A DNA stretch of 64,000 nt from Firmicutes bacterium UBA4916 (GTDB lineage Bacteria; Bacillota; Clostridia; Tissierellales; Tepidimicrobiaceae): positions 4,475 to 68,474 of the forward strand of contig DHBY01000061.1 in assembly GCA_002398845.1 (NCBI GenBank), in the 5' to 3' direction. A program made the translations under genes and the position numbers. The notes under the pieces were generated by a model. That model ran no database searches, was not told the DNA's origin, and worked only from the letters and a program-made list of their open reading frames with translations. Of this stretch, positions 39,293 through 47,819 are shown one piece after another; position 1 is the stretch's first letter, and each line of letters starts with the position of its first letter.

Positions 39293-40093
39293 CTATAAAT
39301 ATTCATGAGCCTCATCAACTATATTACAAATTGTTTTATCTCCAATAGTTTTTTCTTCTTTATCTTTAGTAATATATGATAAAAATTCAATATTACCTGC
39401 AGCACCTGTGATAGGTGAGTAGTCTAAATTAATAAGCTTCAATCCGATTGAATCACAAAATTCAACAATAGATTTTATAACTTCTTTATGAGTGGTTTTA
39501 TCTCTAACTATGCCTTTTTTGCCTACCTTATCACGGCCAGCTTCAAATTGAGGCTTTATTAGGGCCACCATTTTGCCATTATCTGATAATAGTTCTTTAG
39601 CGACAGGTAAAACTAGCTTTAAAGATATAAATGACACATCAATGGATATGAAATCAACCATTTCACCTATATCCCCTTTGGTTACATATCTAATATTGGT
39701 CCGTTCTTTTACAATAACTCTTGGATCATTTCTAAGTTTCCAATCCAATTGGCCATAACCTACATCAACTGCATATACTTTCTTCGCCCCTCCTCTTAGC
39801 ATACAATCAGTAAACCCTCCTGTTGAGGCCCCTATATCTATAGCAACTATTCCTTCTAAATCTAAACTAAAGCTTTCCATGGCTTTTTCTAGTTTTAATC
39901 CACCTCTGCCAACATAGATAAAAGGGTTTTTTTTAATAATAATGGGGCTATCTATATCTATTTTTTCACCTGGTTTATCTATTCTTCTATCACCAATAAA
40001 TACAGTACCTTCCATAATAATTCTTCTTGCCTTTTCCCTAGATTCTACTAAACCTTTTTCAAAAAGCAGAACATCCGCTCTTTTTTTCCCCAT
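39293..40093 (-). CDS. tlyA: TlyA family rRNA (cytidine-2'-O)-methyltransferase
   Basis: S4 domain, RGGLKL, DIGASTGGFTD, DVSFISL, LIKPQFE, GNIEF; start ATG 40093 behind AGGAG. Confidence 0.95.
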   Translation of the reverse strand: MGKKRADVLLFEKGLVESREKARRIIMEGTVFIGDRRIDKPGEKIDIDSPIIIKKNPFIYVGRGGLKLEKAMESFSLDLEGIVAIDIGASTGGFTDCMLRGGAKKVYAVDVGYGQLDWKLRNDPRVIVKERTNIRYVTKGDIGEMVDFISIDVSFISLKLVLPVAKELLSDNGKMVALIKPQFEAGRDKVGKKGIVRDKTTHKEVIKSIVEFCDSIGLKLINLDYSPITGAAGNIEFLSYITKDKEEKTIGDKTICNIVDEAHEYL

Positions 40094-40103
40094 ATAATCT
40101 CTC

Positions 40104-40730
40104 CTAGATATTAATTTTATCATCATTATTGTTTTTATTGTTCTTCTTCTTTTTATCTGGTAATATATCTAATCCAAATTTTTTCCCTATAAAATTAAGC
40201 AACTTTGCTGTTTGAAAAATAATCTTTTCCGAATAAAGAATAGCAACTGATTTGCCAAAGGCCTTGCCCCCTACTGTAAAGGATGCAATCAACGAAGTTA
40301 TAATAATGCTCAATACACTTCCATTTTTTATATCATAAATGCTTATAAGTTTATAGATAACTGTAGTCCCAACAGCACCACTGATAATACCACTAATATC
40401 ACCAATTACATCATTGCAAAAATTAGATACTTGTCCAGCGTTTCTAACCAATTTTATAGCATATTTTGCTTCCTCAACTTTATTAGCTGCCATTGCATGA
40501 AAAGGCTTTTCTTCGGCAGTTGTAACAGCAATTCCAATAATATCAAAAAATATACCAATTAATATTATAATTATCAATATTATAAATGCTAGAAATATAT
40601 CAAGGTTTTGGACTAAGGATTCTGTAATTATATTAAAAATTATTGCCATAATAAATGTCCATATAGTTATGACAATTACCCATCTCATATTATGCTTATC
40701 AGAAAAACTATCATCTTCCTTTTTCCCCAT
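40104..40730 (-). CDS. oapA: OLE-associated protein A (DUF21/CNNM-like membrane protein)
   Basis: 4 TM segments, FDIIGIAVT, KPFHAMAA, VSNFCNDVIGDISG (DxxxD = D107/D111), TVGGKA.GK; immediately 3' of the OLE RNA. Confidence 0.88.
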   Translation of the reverse strand: MGKKEDDSFSDKHNMRWVIVITIWTFIMAIIFNIITESLVQNLDIFLAFIILIIIILIGIFFDIIGIAVTTAEEKPFHAMAANKVEEAKYAIKLVRNAGQVSNFCNDVIGDISGIISGAVGTTVIYKLISIYDIKNGSVLSIIITSLIASFTVGGKAFGKSVAILYSEKIIFQTAKLLNFIGKKFGLDILPDKKKKNNKNNNDDKINI

Positions 40731-40850
40731 TTAAATTATTACCTCCAAATTTTATATGTGGCAAATATTCTAACAAAAACATTTTATATTGAAGAAAACT
40801 TTTAAAATCTATTTAAATCAAATTTTAGCAATACTTGATTCTCTATGAAT

Positions 40851-40882
40851 TATAAAAGGCTGATAGCATCATGCTATCAGCC
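40851..40882 (-). terminator. Intrinsic terminator directly after OLE RNA
   Basis: GGCTGATAGCAT-G-ATGCTATCAGCC followed by TTTTATA on minus strand. Confidence 0.75.
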
Positions 40883-40885
40883 CAT

Positions 40886-41445
40886 GAGTGGCAGTGTTTT
40901 AAGTAAATCTTACGGCTTTAGGTCCAGCAGGATTTCCCTGATAGAAACTGAATGTCGCCATAACAGCGGTTTCCCTTTAATTCTATCACTACTACGTCGC
41001 CATAAGTAGGGCTAGATTACCACTTAGTCCGCACTGTAATCCTCAATACACTTCTTCTATGAACAGTCTAGGAGTTTTCCTCTACAACCAGTCTAATCCT
41101 TAGCCTCTTTTGCAATATAGGTTTCGATAACAAAACTTAACTTACTTGGGCCCTTCATAAGAAAAGTCGAACTTATCATCTGCCCACACCACTCAAGGCA
41201 GGCTACTCTGTATACTTGTCATTATGCATACAGGTTTATCTTACCATGTCCCAAATGGTAAGTCTCCACGAAAGTAGGGTCAACGCCTGCATGCCATTGC
41301 AGATCGCCCCATCTTTCTTACTCCCAGCAACGACCCTCGACTGGGCGTCGCGAGCCGAAACCAGGAACTTCATCGATATGCCCTTCGACGGATTTTTAGC
41401 CCCGCCCTCGAGATTAGCTGTGCTGACTAGAATACTGTACCACTC
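40886..41445 (-). ncRNA. ole: OLE (ornate, large, extremophilic) RNA
   Basis: ~560-nt GC-enriched stretch with no minus-strand ORF between ispA and oapA; 5' GAGUGGUACAGU pairs with 3' ACUGCCACUC; OLE-like blocks GUAUUCUAGUCAG, GAUGAAGUUCCUG, GUAGCCUGCCUUGAGUG, GGACUAAGUGGUAAUC, UUAAAGGGAAACC, CCUGCUGGACCU; several internal hairpins. Confidence 0.9.
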
Positions 41446-41457
41446 TTAATTGTATTA

Positions 41458-41486
41458 ATTATAGCATAATTTTTATAATTATTCAA
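41458..41486 (-). promoter_or_regulatory. SigA promoter directly upstream of OLE RNA
   Basis: TTGAAT-17 nt-TATAAT with extended TG (TGcTATAAT), 12 nt before the closing stem. Confidence 0.75.
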
Positions 41487-41494
41487 TCCTCGTT

Positions 41495-42364
41495 TTAATA
41501 ACTTCTAGTAATTAAATCTTCTGTTAATGTTTTAAAAAATTTCGTATCCTTATTTTCATAGGTCGATAATATTTTTGTGGCTTTTTTGCTTAAATCATCC
41601 ACCTTGTTTCTCGCTTCTAAAATATCATTATATGTAACATATGTTACTTTATTGATAAACTTATCTTCCTTTTCATCCAATATATCATCTCTTATTTGAT
41701 AAGCCAATCCAAGATACAATCCAAAGGATCTAATGTTTTCAATTTCTTCCTCATTAGCACCACCTAATATAGCTCCTGATACAACAGATGCTTGGATTAA
41801 AGCTGCGGTTTTACATTTATACATAAATAATAATTTATCTTCATCCATGGAAATATCATTTGACAATAAATCTACTACTTGCCCACCTATCATACCATAT
41901 ATACCTGAATATTTTCCTATTTCATCCATAGCTCTTACGTGTTTTTTATAATCATCAGCTGTATTTGAGCTTTTTAAAGTATATTGAGTCATGGTTTCAA
42001 AGGCTAAGTTTAGCAATCCATCTCCAGCTAAAATTGCTATGGCTTCACCAAAAACCTTATGATTAGTTAACTTGCCTCTTCTAAAATCATCATTGTCCAT
42101 TGAAGGCAGATCATCATGAATTAAAGAATAAGTATGTATCATTTCAATTGCTAAAGCAAAAGGAATAGCCTCTTCATAAGTCTCGCTAAACATTTCACAA
42201 CTTTTTAATAGTAAAATAGGCCTCAGCCTTTTTCCCCCAGTAAATAAACTATAATTCATAGCCTCAAATATTTTTTCTTGATAGCCTGCTTTATTTTTTA
42301 AAGCCTTCTCTAATTCTTGGTCAATTACCCCTTTAGTCTCTTCAATTATATCTTCTAATATCAT
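41495..42364 (-). CDS. ispA: Farnesyl diphosphate synthase / polyprenyl synthetase
   Basis: GGKRLRP, YSLIHDDLPSMDNDDFRRG, ILAGDGLL, GQVVD, KTAAL, QIRDDILD. Confidence 0.95.
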   Translation of the reverse strand: MILEDIIEETKGVIDQELEKALKNKAGYQEKIFEAMNYSLFTGGKRLRPILLLKSCEMFSETYEEAIPFALAIEMIHTYSLIHDDLPSMDNDDFRRGKLTNHKVFGEAIAILAGDGLLNLAFETMTQYTLKSSNTADDYKKHVRAMDEIGKYSGIYGMIGGQVVDLLSNDISMDEDKLLFMYKCKTAALIQASVVSGAILGGANEEEIENIRSFGLYLGLAYQIRDDILDEKEDKFINKVTYVTYNDILEARNKVDDLSKKATKILSTYENKDTKFFKTLTEDLITRSY

Positions 42365-42368
42365 AAAA

Positions 42369-42602
42369 CTATACCTCCATATGAAAATCTTCCTCTTCTA
42401 AGTTTCCATCCTCGCCTTTAAGCAGTATTTTTATTTCTCCTTCTACATTATTTAATATTTCACTACAATATTTATATAATGCTACTCCTCTCTTAAACTT
42501 CTCTAAGGATTCATTTAATGGAAGGTCTTCCTTTTCTAAATTCATTGATATATCTTCTAATTCCTTAATTGCCTCTTCATAGGTTAATTCATTTTTATTC
42601 AT
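42369..42602 (-). CDS. xseB: Exodeoxyribonuclease VII small subunit
   Basis: YEEAIKELE...LE...LPLNESL..F.RGV.L. Confidence 0.93.
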   Translation of the reverse strand: MNKNELTYEEAIKELEDISMNLEKEDLPLNESLEKFKRGVALYKYCSEILNNVEGEIKILLKGEDGNLEEEDFHMEV

Positions 42603-43815
42603 AATAAAACTCTCCTTTATTAATTTTAACCACCTTAGCCTTTATCATACCATCCTTCATTAAAAGATTTATTTCTTCGTCAATGCTTACATTGTCTGTA
42701 CTAGTAATCATATTCTTATTTTGATCTAAAATAATACTATATCCCCTGTCTAAAGAGGATGTCGGATTCATGAAACTAAGTTTAGTATATATATTGTTTA
42801 ATTTATCTTTCTGATTTTTTAGTTTTGTTTCCATAAAAAAGTTAAGTTTTCTAAATAAATTATCCTGTTCTTGAATTTTTTCTTTAAGTTGATTAAATGG
42901 GCTATAATAATTCAAACTTCTTTTTATGTATTCTAATCTTATGTTGTAATCATTTATTATATAATTGTAATTTTTACTTAGCCGAGCAAATTTTTCTTCT
43001 AGGCTTTCTTTTAATTTACTTAATTCTGGAGTTGCTAATTCAGCTGCTGCTGAAGGAGTAGGCGCTCTTAAATCAGCAACAAAATCTGCTATAGTAAAAT
43101 CTGTTTCATGACCTACTGCTGATATGATAGGCTTTTCCATATTGTATATAGTTCTTGCTACAGATTCATCGTTAAAAGCAAATAATTCTTCCATAGAACC
43201 TCCACCCCTACCTGTGATTATCAAATCTATATCATCTATACTATTAAGGTAGGTTAAACCTTCGCATATTTCCTTTGGTGCTTGTACACCTTGTACTAAT
43301 ACTGGATATATTAAAATATCAGCTAATGGAAATCTTCTTTTAATAACTGTTATTATATCTCTAATTGCTGCTCCCGTGGAAGAAGTTACCACACCTATTT
43401 TCATAGGTAAATATGGCAACTTTTTTTTATGAACTGGATCAAATAGTCCTTCTTTTTCTAACTTATCCTTTAGTTCTTCAAAGGCTATAAATAAATCTCC
43501 TATACCGCTTTTTTCAATTTTTTTTACATAAAGTTGGTAGTCCCCTTCTTTTTCGTATACTGATATGTAACCAGTAACTACAACCCTAAGCCCATCCTTT
43601 AAATCAAAATTTAATAATCGATTATCAGATTTAAACATTACGCATTTAAGTTTTCCTTTATCATCTTTTAAGGAAAAATACATATGCCCGCTATAATGAT
43701 GTTTAAAATTAGATATTTCCCCCTCCACATTTATATTAGAAAGGATAAAGTCTCCGGCAAAAATCCTTTTAATATATTGATTAACTTCGCTTACCTTTAA
43801 GGGCTTTACTCCCAT
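42595..43815 (-). CDS. xseA: Exodeoxyribonuclease VII large subunit
   Basis: GEISN...SGHMYFSLKD, VTSSTGAAIRD, RGGGSMEEL, AVGHETD, RAPTPSAAAE. Confidence 0.96.
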   Translation of the reverse strand: MGVKPLKVSEVNQYIKRIFAGDFILSNINVEGEISNFKHHYSGHMYFSLKDDKGKLKCVMFKSDNRLLNFDLKDGLRVVVTGYISVYEKEGDYQLYVKKIEKSGIGDLFIAFEELKDKLEKEGLFDPVHKKKLPYLPMKIGVVTSSTGAAIRDIITVIKRRFPLADILIYPVLVQGVQAPKEICEGLTYLNSIDDIDLIITGRGGGSMEELFAFNDESVARTIYNMEKPIISAVGHETDFTIADFVADLRAPTPSAAAELATPELSKLKESLEEKFARLSKNYNYIINDYNIRLEYIKRSLNYYSPFNQLKEKIQEQDNLFRKLNFFMETKLKNQKDKLNNIYTKLSFMNPTSSLDRGYSIILDQNKNMITSTDNVSIDEEINLLMKDGMIKAKVVKINKGEFYYE

Positions 43816-43827
43816 ATTTATCACCTG

Positions 43828-44781
43828 CTAAAATATTTTTTCCTTCCCCATATATGCTACCCCAATACCATTATCTGTACACAATTCCATCTTGGGAAAA
43901 TAGGTTGATATTTTTTCTTTATTAAGCTTATCTTTTAAATATTGTCTCAAAAATTTATTTGAAGCTACTCCACCAGTAATTAAAACATTATCTATATCGT
44001 ATTGAATACAACTATTGATAATGATTTTATAAATAAAAAATGCTATTGTATTAAACAATGTTGCAAACACATCTTCTGATCGATATGGATAATGTTTAAT
44101 TAGGTCTTTAAAATAGTTTTCCATTCCAGATAGATTAAACCAAGTATCATCTTTAATATTGATGGGCACATTAAGGTTTAAAGCATTTCCCAATTGAGAC
44201 ATTTCATCCATCTTTTTCCCGCATGGAAAACTTAAACCTAATTGGACACCTACTCTATCTATAAGTTGACCAACACTTAAATCTAAACTACCACCTATAA
44301 TTTCTACTTTTAGATTGTCTTTATGGTTTTCAACTAATAATAGCTCCGTGGTTCCACCAGAGATGTGAAGGCTTATAAACTTAACTTCATCCTTTAAATT
44401 ACCATTCATCATACCTGCACCAATATGGCCTTCCTGATGACTAAATTCCTTATACTTTGTGCCAAGGACTTTAGACAAAATAAAAGCCTGTCCTTTGCCA
44501 ACCATAAAAACAGGCATATATGAGTCTTTTATATTTCTAGGTTTATTGCTGCAAGAAATGGTTACTATATCAAAAACATCAATCTTATTTGTCATACTTT
44601 CAATTAAGATAGGTAGATTGTTTATATGTTGAAATACGGCCTCCTGCTGCCTTAATCCTTTCTTTCCTTCTTTTACTTCTAATACTTTTCTCATATCAAG
44701 TACGATATTATTCCATTCATCTATTACAGCCAAAGAAGTTGTATATGCAGATGTATCTATCCCAATATAGTATTTTGTCAT
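43828..44781 (-). CDS. TsaD/Kae1-like ASKHA protein (clostridial paralogue)
   Basis: GIDTSAYTTS, HQEGH metal motif, HISGGTTE, GGVASN, CTDNGIG. Confidence 0.8.
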   Translation of the reverse strand: MTKYYIGIDTSAYTTSLAVIDEWNNIVLDMRKVLEVKEGKKGLRQQEAVFQHINNLPILIESMTNKIDVFDIVTISCSNKPRNIKDSYMPVFMVGKGQAFILSKVLGTKYKEFSHQEGHIGAGMMNGNLKDEVKFISLHISGGTTELLLVENHKDNLKVEIIGGSLDLSVGQLIDRVGVQLGLSFPCGKKMDEMSQLGNALNLNVPINIKDDTWFNLSGMENYFKDLIKHYPYRSEDVFATLFNTIAFFIYKIIINSCIQYDIDNVLITGGVASNKFLRQYLKDKLNKEKISTYFPKMELCTDNGIGVAYMGKEKIF

Positions 44782-45185
44782 CTTTCATTCCTCTTTCTAA
44801 CAAATCCACCTAGGACACCATTGATAAATTTAGAAGATTCAATTGTACTATATTTTTTTGCAATTTCTATAGCCTCATTAATAGAGACTTCAATGGGGAT
44901 ATCTTCTCTATACATTATTTCATAAATTGCAATTCTAAGAGTCGATAAATCTACTCTGGCAAGCCTATGTAGTTCCCACCCTTCTATATTGTCTTTTATA
45001 TAGGAATCTATCTCATTTAAGTTTTCAATTATTGTTTTAACAGCATCTTCAATATAGGATTTTTCTCCTGCATCAAAAATATTATTTTCAAAAAACATAT
45101 CTATTGCATCTTCCGAAAAATCCGAGTTTATTTCCATTTGATATAATAATTTCATTGTAGATTCTCTTGCGTGTTTCCTGCCCAT
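44778..45185 (-). CDS. nusB: Transcription antitermination factor NusB
   Basis: GRKHARE, W...RLARVD...LR, VSINEAIEIAKKY, FINGVLG. Confidence 0.96.
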   Translation of the reverse strand: MGRKHARESTMKLLYQMEINSDFSEDAIDMFFENNIFDAGEKSYIEDAVKTIIENLNEIDSYIKDNIEGWELHRLARVDLSTLRIAIYEIMYREDIPIEVSINEAIEIAKKYSTIESSKFINGVLGGFVRKRNER

Positions 45186-45217
45186 CTTAGTCCTCCCTAA
45201 CTATTAGTACCTGAATA

Positions 45218-45454
45218 TTAATCTTTTTTACCTATTTGAAGTATTTTCTCTAATAATTCCTTTATATTTTCCTTGTTATCACTTTTACTTCCCAAATAGT
45301 ATCCTAACCATGTACATAGTACTATAAATAAGGTTTTAAAAAAACCTATAGTCAGCACTAATATAGCTACTATAAAACCAATGATTGCTCCAAAAGTTTT
45401 GCCTTTATTAGCCTTTATATATTCCATTAATTTATCAAAAAATTCTCTTGCCAA
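45218..45454 (-). CDS. DUF2273 small membrane protein
   Basis: GAIIG...LTIGFFKT......GYY.G; asp23-amaP-DUF2273 synteny. Confidence 0.8.
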   Translation of the reverse strand: MAREFFDKLMEYIKANKGKTFGAIIGFIVAILVLTIGFFKTLFIVLCTWLGYYLGSKSDNKENIKELLEKILQIGKKD

Positions 45455-45473
45455 TTTGCAAACACCTCTACTA

Positions 45474-46022
45474 TTATTTTACATTTCTTATAGGCGCAGT
45501 CACATTACTTATTAATATCTTGATTTCATTTACATTAACTCCTGTGCAACTTTCTATATGCTCTTTTACTTTACTTTGCAATTCTTCAGAAGTTTTTGGT
45601 ATATTTATTTCTGGGGACACCTCTCCTTTTAATGATATATATAGTTGGCCTTCCAAAATGTCTACTTTTGTTTTTATATTCCTAACACCTGTAAATTTAT
45701 CAGCAACATTTTGAACTAATCCAATTATTGTATCTGATGAAATGTTTATCTCTCCATGATCAGTTCTCTGAATAATGTAAGTTACTTTAGCTTTTCCTTT
45801 ATTCCCCATAATGCTTATTACAATAAATCTAATACTCGCTAATAAAAAAATTAATCCAATTACTGAATAAGCATAATTCCCTTCCATTGATTTAAAAACT
45901 AAATTTAAATTATCCCTTGATAAAATATCTAATTGTTGAAAAGGAAATAGTATAACAATGATAGATAGCACTGCCAAACAAAGGGAACAAATAGTTAGTA
46001 TTAACCTATCAATAATATTCAT
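45474..46022 (-). CDS. amaP: Alkaline shock response membrane anchor AmaP
   Basis: Two N-terminal TMs, GEINIS..TI, C-terminal Asp23-like TGVNV. Confidence 0.8.
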   Translation of the reverse strand: MNIIDRLILTICSLCLAVLSIIVILFPFQQLDILSRDNLNLVFKSMEGNYAYSVIGLIFLLASIRFIVISIMGNKGKAKVTYIIQRTDHGEINISSDTIIGLVQNVADKFTGVRNIKTKVDILEGQLYISLKGEVSPEINIPKTSEELQSKVKEHIESCTGVNVNEIKILISNVTAPIRNVK

Positions 46023-46050
46023 TATAAGCTCCATCCTCCTAATAAATATT

Positions 46051-46085
46051 TAAATTTACCCTCTGGTTTTCAGAGGGTAAATTTA
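46051..46085. terminator. Stem-loop between asp23 and amaP (terminator or mRNA stabiliser)
   Basis: TAAATTTACCCTCTG-GTTTT-CAGAGGGTAAATTTA perfect 15-bp stem, weak U-tail. Confidence 0.55.
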
Positions 46086-46086
46086 C

Positions 46087-46491
46087 TTATTTCACTCTTG
46101 GTTCAATTTCCGTTTTTGGTTCTTTCGGTATTTTGACCCCCTGTACATTTACATTAACCTCCATAACATTAAGACCAGTCATGGTTTCTACTGTATCTTT
46201 AACATTTTTTTGTACAGAACTAGCAATTTCAGAAATTTTAGAACCATACTCCACTACAATAAAAATATCTATAGCTGCTTCTTTTTCCCCAACTTCTACT
46301 TTTATACCCTTAGATAGGTTCTTCATTCCTAGCATTTCAGTAATATCACCAGTTATTCCGCCACTCATTCCAGCGACACCATCTATTTCAGTGGCTGCTA
46401 AACCTGCTATAATAGCCACAACTTCATTAGCAATTTTTACTGTGCCATAATTAACCTTTTCATCATCTAAAAACTCCGCCACATTAGACAC
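46087..46491 (-). CDS. Asp23/Gls24 family protein (YqhY-like)
   Basis: IANEVVAIIAGLAA..IDGV, KGIKVEV, VETMTGL.V..VNVNVQGV. Confidence 0.92.
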   Translation of the reverse strand: MSNVAEFLDDEKVNYGTVKIANEVVAIIAGLAATEIDGVAGMSGGITGDITEMLGMKNLSKGIKVEVGEKEAAIDIFIVVEYGSKISEIASSVQKNVKDTVETMTGLNVMEVNVNVQGVKIPKEPKTEIEPRVK

Positions 46492-46519
46492 CTCCCATTA
46501 TCAAAAAGTTCTTAGAATT

Positions 46520-46548
46520 ATTATATCAAAGCCGCATCATTTTTACAA
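46520..46548 (-). promoter_or_regulatory. SigA promoter for asp23 operon
   Basis: TTGTAA-17 nt-TATAAT with TG extension. Confidence 0.7.
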
Positions 46549-46554
46549 ACATTT

Positions 46555-47217
46555 CTAATTCTTTTTCATTATTTTTATATTGGAAGTATCTAAATCCGTT
46601 TCAGCCATTATAATATCTAAAATTTTCACCACATCTTGTTCCGAAAGTTCATCTTTTAAAACCACTACTTTCGCATTTTCGTCTGTAAGAAACACTAGGA
46701 CTTCCTCAAATCCTTTAGCTTTTATTAATCCTTCTATAGTCAGCTCTTTTTCAGATATATCACCAATATTCATTATTTTCTTTTGAGCCTCAGTTCTTAC
46801 TCCATCATTAGTATTTTCATTATTTACAATTTCATTCAATCTATCAATTAATCCCGCCCTTAATTTATCTCTTGAAAGCCTTTGTTCAATAAAATAGGAT
46901 TTAGAAGTTAAGCTGTCCTCTTTGCTAATAGTTTTCCCGATTTGAGCATTAGTTTCTTCTGCTATTTCATCAATACCTACATTAGCCTTTGTATCTAGTA
47001 TTTCAATGTCTTCTTTTTCTTCTCCTTCAGATATAGCTTCTACTAGCTCTTTATCATCCACATCTATACCTTTTGCCAATTCCATCTCTTCATGTTTTTG
47101 ATAATCATTTGAAGCTTTTAATAATGCTTGTTGAGTAAGATTATGGTTGATATAACCAGTAAATACTAGTAATACGATTAGTAACAATATAAACGCTGGT
47201 TTTTTTATTGTAAACAT
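46555..47217 (-). CDS. spoIIIAH: Stage III sporulation protein AH
   Basis: N-terminal TM, YFIEQRLSR, IEGLIKAKGF; last gene of the 8-gene operon. Confidence 0.92.
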   Translation of the reverse strand: MFTIKKPAFILLLIVLLVFTGYINHNLTQQALLKASNDYQKHEEMELAKGIDVDDKELVEAISEGEEKEDIEILDTKANVGIDEIAEETNAQIGKTISKEDSLTSKSYFIEQRLSRDKLRAGLIDRLNEIVNNENTNDGVRTEAQKKIMNIGDISEKELTIEGLIKAKGFEEVLVFLTDENAKVVVLKDELSEQDVVKILDIIMAETDLDTSNIKIMKKN

Positions 47218-47228
47218 ATATCCCCCTC

Positions 47229-47819
47229 CTATTTACTAGAATAAACTTCAACTTTATTACTAGCTACCCCTAATACGGTTTTTACTGCCTCGTATAGCAT
47301 CTCCTTTATTTCTAGATCTTCGGCGCCTTCGGCTATGACTATAACGCCTTTAACAGTTGGCCTTATTTCTTTTAAAACTATAGGTGAACCTTCATTGCCT
47401 GTAACCACTTGAATTGTCATATCCTCCCTTACGATTTCCCTAGTACCTCCTTGGGAGTCAATTTCATTAGTAGTTTCACTATTTTTAGTAGTATTAAATG
47501 CTGGAATCTTTTCAACAGTGTCTTCCAATGTAATCATTGCCTTTACTTTACCTACCCCTTTTAGTTGGCTTAGTATTTCCTCTAGTTTTTTTTCTAAAAG
47601 GGAACCGTAATCTAAATCGTTAATCATTGGATTATTTATTATATTTTCTGACTCTAAAGCTTTTTCTGTGTCTTTTTTTTGTTCTAAAAAAATATTAGCT
47701 ACTATTAAAAGTATGATTCCAATAATGAGTATTATGAATAAATTCAACATAAATTTTTTATTATTTACTTCTTCTAAATATTTTTTAATCCTAGCGATAA
47801 ACTTCTCCACCCTATTCAC
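47229..47819 (-). CDS. spoIIIAG: Stage III sporulation protein AG
   Basis: LEEILSQLKGVGKV, D.QGGTR, P.VKGVIVIAEGA. Confidence 0.93.
   Translation of the reverse strand: MNRVEKFIARIKKYLEEVNNKKFMLNLFIILIIGIILLIVANIFLEQKKDTEKALESENIINNPMINDLDYGSLLEKKLEEILSQLKGVGKVKAMITLEDTVEKIPAFNTTKNSETTNEIDSQGGTREIVREDMTIQVVTGNEGSPIVLKEIRPTVKGVIVIAEGAEDLEIKEMLYEAVKTVLGVASNKVEVYSSK

Noticed and set aside
39293-40093. TlyA as a haemolysin or virulence factor
   Set aside because: Intact S4 plus FtsJ-type methyltransferase motifs in a housekeeping locus
40886-41445. Alternative identity as RNase P RNA, tmRNA, T-box or group II intron
   Set aside because: No RNase P GAGGAAAGUCC signature, no tRNA-like ends or tag ORF, no T-box AAUUAGGGUGGUACC-type motif, no intron-encoded protein; ispA/oapA context fits OLE
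41216-41449. 77-aa + strand ORF in the ispA-oapA gap
   Set aside because: Antisense to the OLE RNA; open frame is explained by locally higher GC; no SD
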